A stretch of 64,000 bases of DNA, taken from NCBI GenBank assembly GCA_024137785.1, contig JAHRHZ010000024.1, positions 33,154,644 through 33,218,643 of the forward strand. Reading direction: 5' to 3'. A model generated the notes under the pieces. The model saw nothing but the letters and a program-made list of their open reading frames with translations, was not told the origin of the DNA and did no database searches. Below, in pieces: positions 62,449-64,000 of this stretch. This DNA is from Ginglymostoma cirratum (Eukaryota). A program made the translations under genes and the position numbers. Position 1 is the first letter of the stretch; each line of letters begins with the position of its first letter.

Positions 62449-62829
62449 AGTATTGCTTTATATCTGTGTACATATTGCTTCAACTGCTTCCTAAGCTGAA
62501 AGATGTTGTGCTTCTCTTTTTTCCAGACACTGTCACCTCCAAATCTTGCACATCAGAAATATGATTCCCAAGTTTATTGTACCTTCAACCTCTGCATCAT
62601 CACGTAAAGTATGAATATTCTGGTGTTTATTTTTCAGGTCACTTGTTGACTATTCCCTTCCTTTGTGCTGCATATCTTTGCCTAGTGATTTGGGCTTTCC
62701 ACAAGCACTGCAGCTTGATTGTTACAAAGGATATTTTGTCCTATCTGGGATTACATGTGGTCATCCATAGGGCTCAGACAATTTTCTCTCCATCTGGCAT
62801 GTGGTCTTTGTTGCTATTTCATGACATCA

Positions 62830-63685
62830 ACCCTGATTGGAATGTAGCAAATATCACCTCACTATTTAAGAAGAAAAGGAAGAGACATAAGGGGAAACTA
62901 CAGACCTGTTATTTTAACGTTAGTTGTCAGGAAAATGTTTGAATCTATGAGAAGGAATGTGATAAATATACACTTCAAGAATAATGATTGACTGGGCAGT
63001 GATGATTGTGAATGGGAAATTGCGGTTAATGAACCAGTTGGGATCATTTGAGGATGTCACTGGCAGCATCGATGAGGGGGAGCATCCTTGGATTTTCAGA
63101 AGGTTTTTGCTCAACACTAAAGCTCATCGGATTGGAGGTAATGCATTAACATGGATTAACGATTAACCAACAGGCAGAAAACAGAGTGTATGAATAAATG
63201 GGTCAGTCTTCCACTGCCAGGCTGTGATTACAGGACTACTCCAATGATCAGTACTTAATCCCCAGCTAGTCACAATTTAGATCTGGACACAGAAACCAAA
63301 TGTAATACTGCCAAATTTGCAGATTACACAAAGTTAAAAGGTAGAAACGCATGTTCAGAAGATGAAAAATGGCTTCAAGGAACTTGGACAAATTTAGTGA
63401 ACGAGCAAGAACATGGCAGGTGGAATATAATGTGAAAAAAATGTGACGTTATTCTATTGGGTTCTGAATCTTTGGAATTCTCAGAGAGTGGAATTTCACA
63501 GAGGACTGTGGAAGCATGTCATTATATAATGTTTCAGGTAGACATTGATACCACTGACATAAAGGAAGAATGGGGATAACATGGGATAAAGGTATTGAAA
63601 TGGAAATGGAAGATCAGACAAAATTGTATTGAACAGTGGACCAGACTCAACAAGTTGAATGGGCTACTCCAGTTCCTATCCTTTT
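62830..63685 (+). mobile_element. CR1 RT to 3' end, deleted and decayed
   Basis: DWNVANITSLFKK; FEDVTGSIDEG; IGGNALTWIND; aaatttgcagattacacaaag (KFAD.TK). Confidence 0.85.
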
Positions 63686-64000
63686 GTCTTGAATGAAGCT
63701 GTATGAGTAGTTCATGCCTTTATCTGTCTACTGATGGCTTTGAGAGATCTGGCAACATCAACAGCCTTCAACATTATGAGCTTGCCCTTTCTCTACAAAT
63801 TAGTTGATCTACCAGTCTCTGATCAGGTGCTTGAAATATATATTTTTTGTTACATTTCATTATCTAACAAAGAAATCATTAACGTGTTCAAAGAGAATGG
63901 AGCAAACTGATTATAAACAGGTTATGTATCTTTAAAAGCAAACTTGATAAAAACTTGTCCTATGATCACACTTGTCAAGACCACTGGCTGTCCCAAAGCA

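Overview
Eukaryotic, vertebrate non-coding DNA. The repeat set (HE1/V-domain SINEs, HER1-like CR1 LINEs, Deu-domain SINEs, Penelope-like elements) points to a cartilaginous fish, most likely a shark; this is an inference. I found no intact host gene. Nearly every meaningful ORF in the track is a decayed transposon: CR1, a second CR1-group LINE, L2, RTE, Rex1/Babar, Gypsy or Penelope. Two systems stand out. (1) About 20 Penelope-derived insertions from about 5 families (my labels A-E) mostly carry a minimal hammerhead ribozyme motif, CUGA(N)GA-stem II-GAAA-palindromic stem III. They recur as fold-back inserts with 11-17 bp target-site duplications (TSDs) and as ~130-nt units that start almost exactly at the ribozyme core. 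(2) A single-ORF LINE has a tRNA-like Pol III head as its 5' end, and a SINE in the window is its head-plus-tail internal-deletion derivative. Both N gaps lie inside Penelope fold-backs. Boundaries of old repeats are approximate, and family names come from recalled motifs, not database searches.
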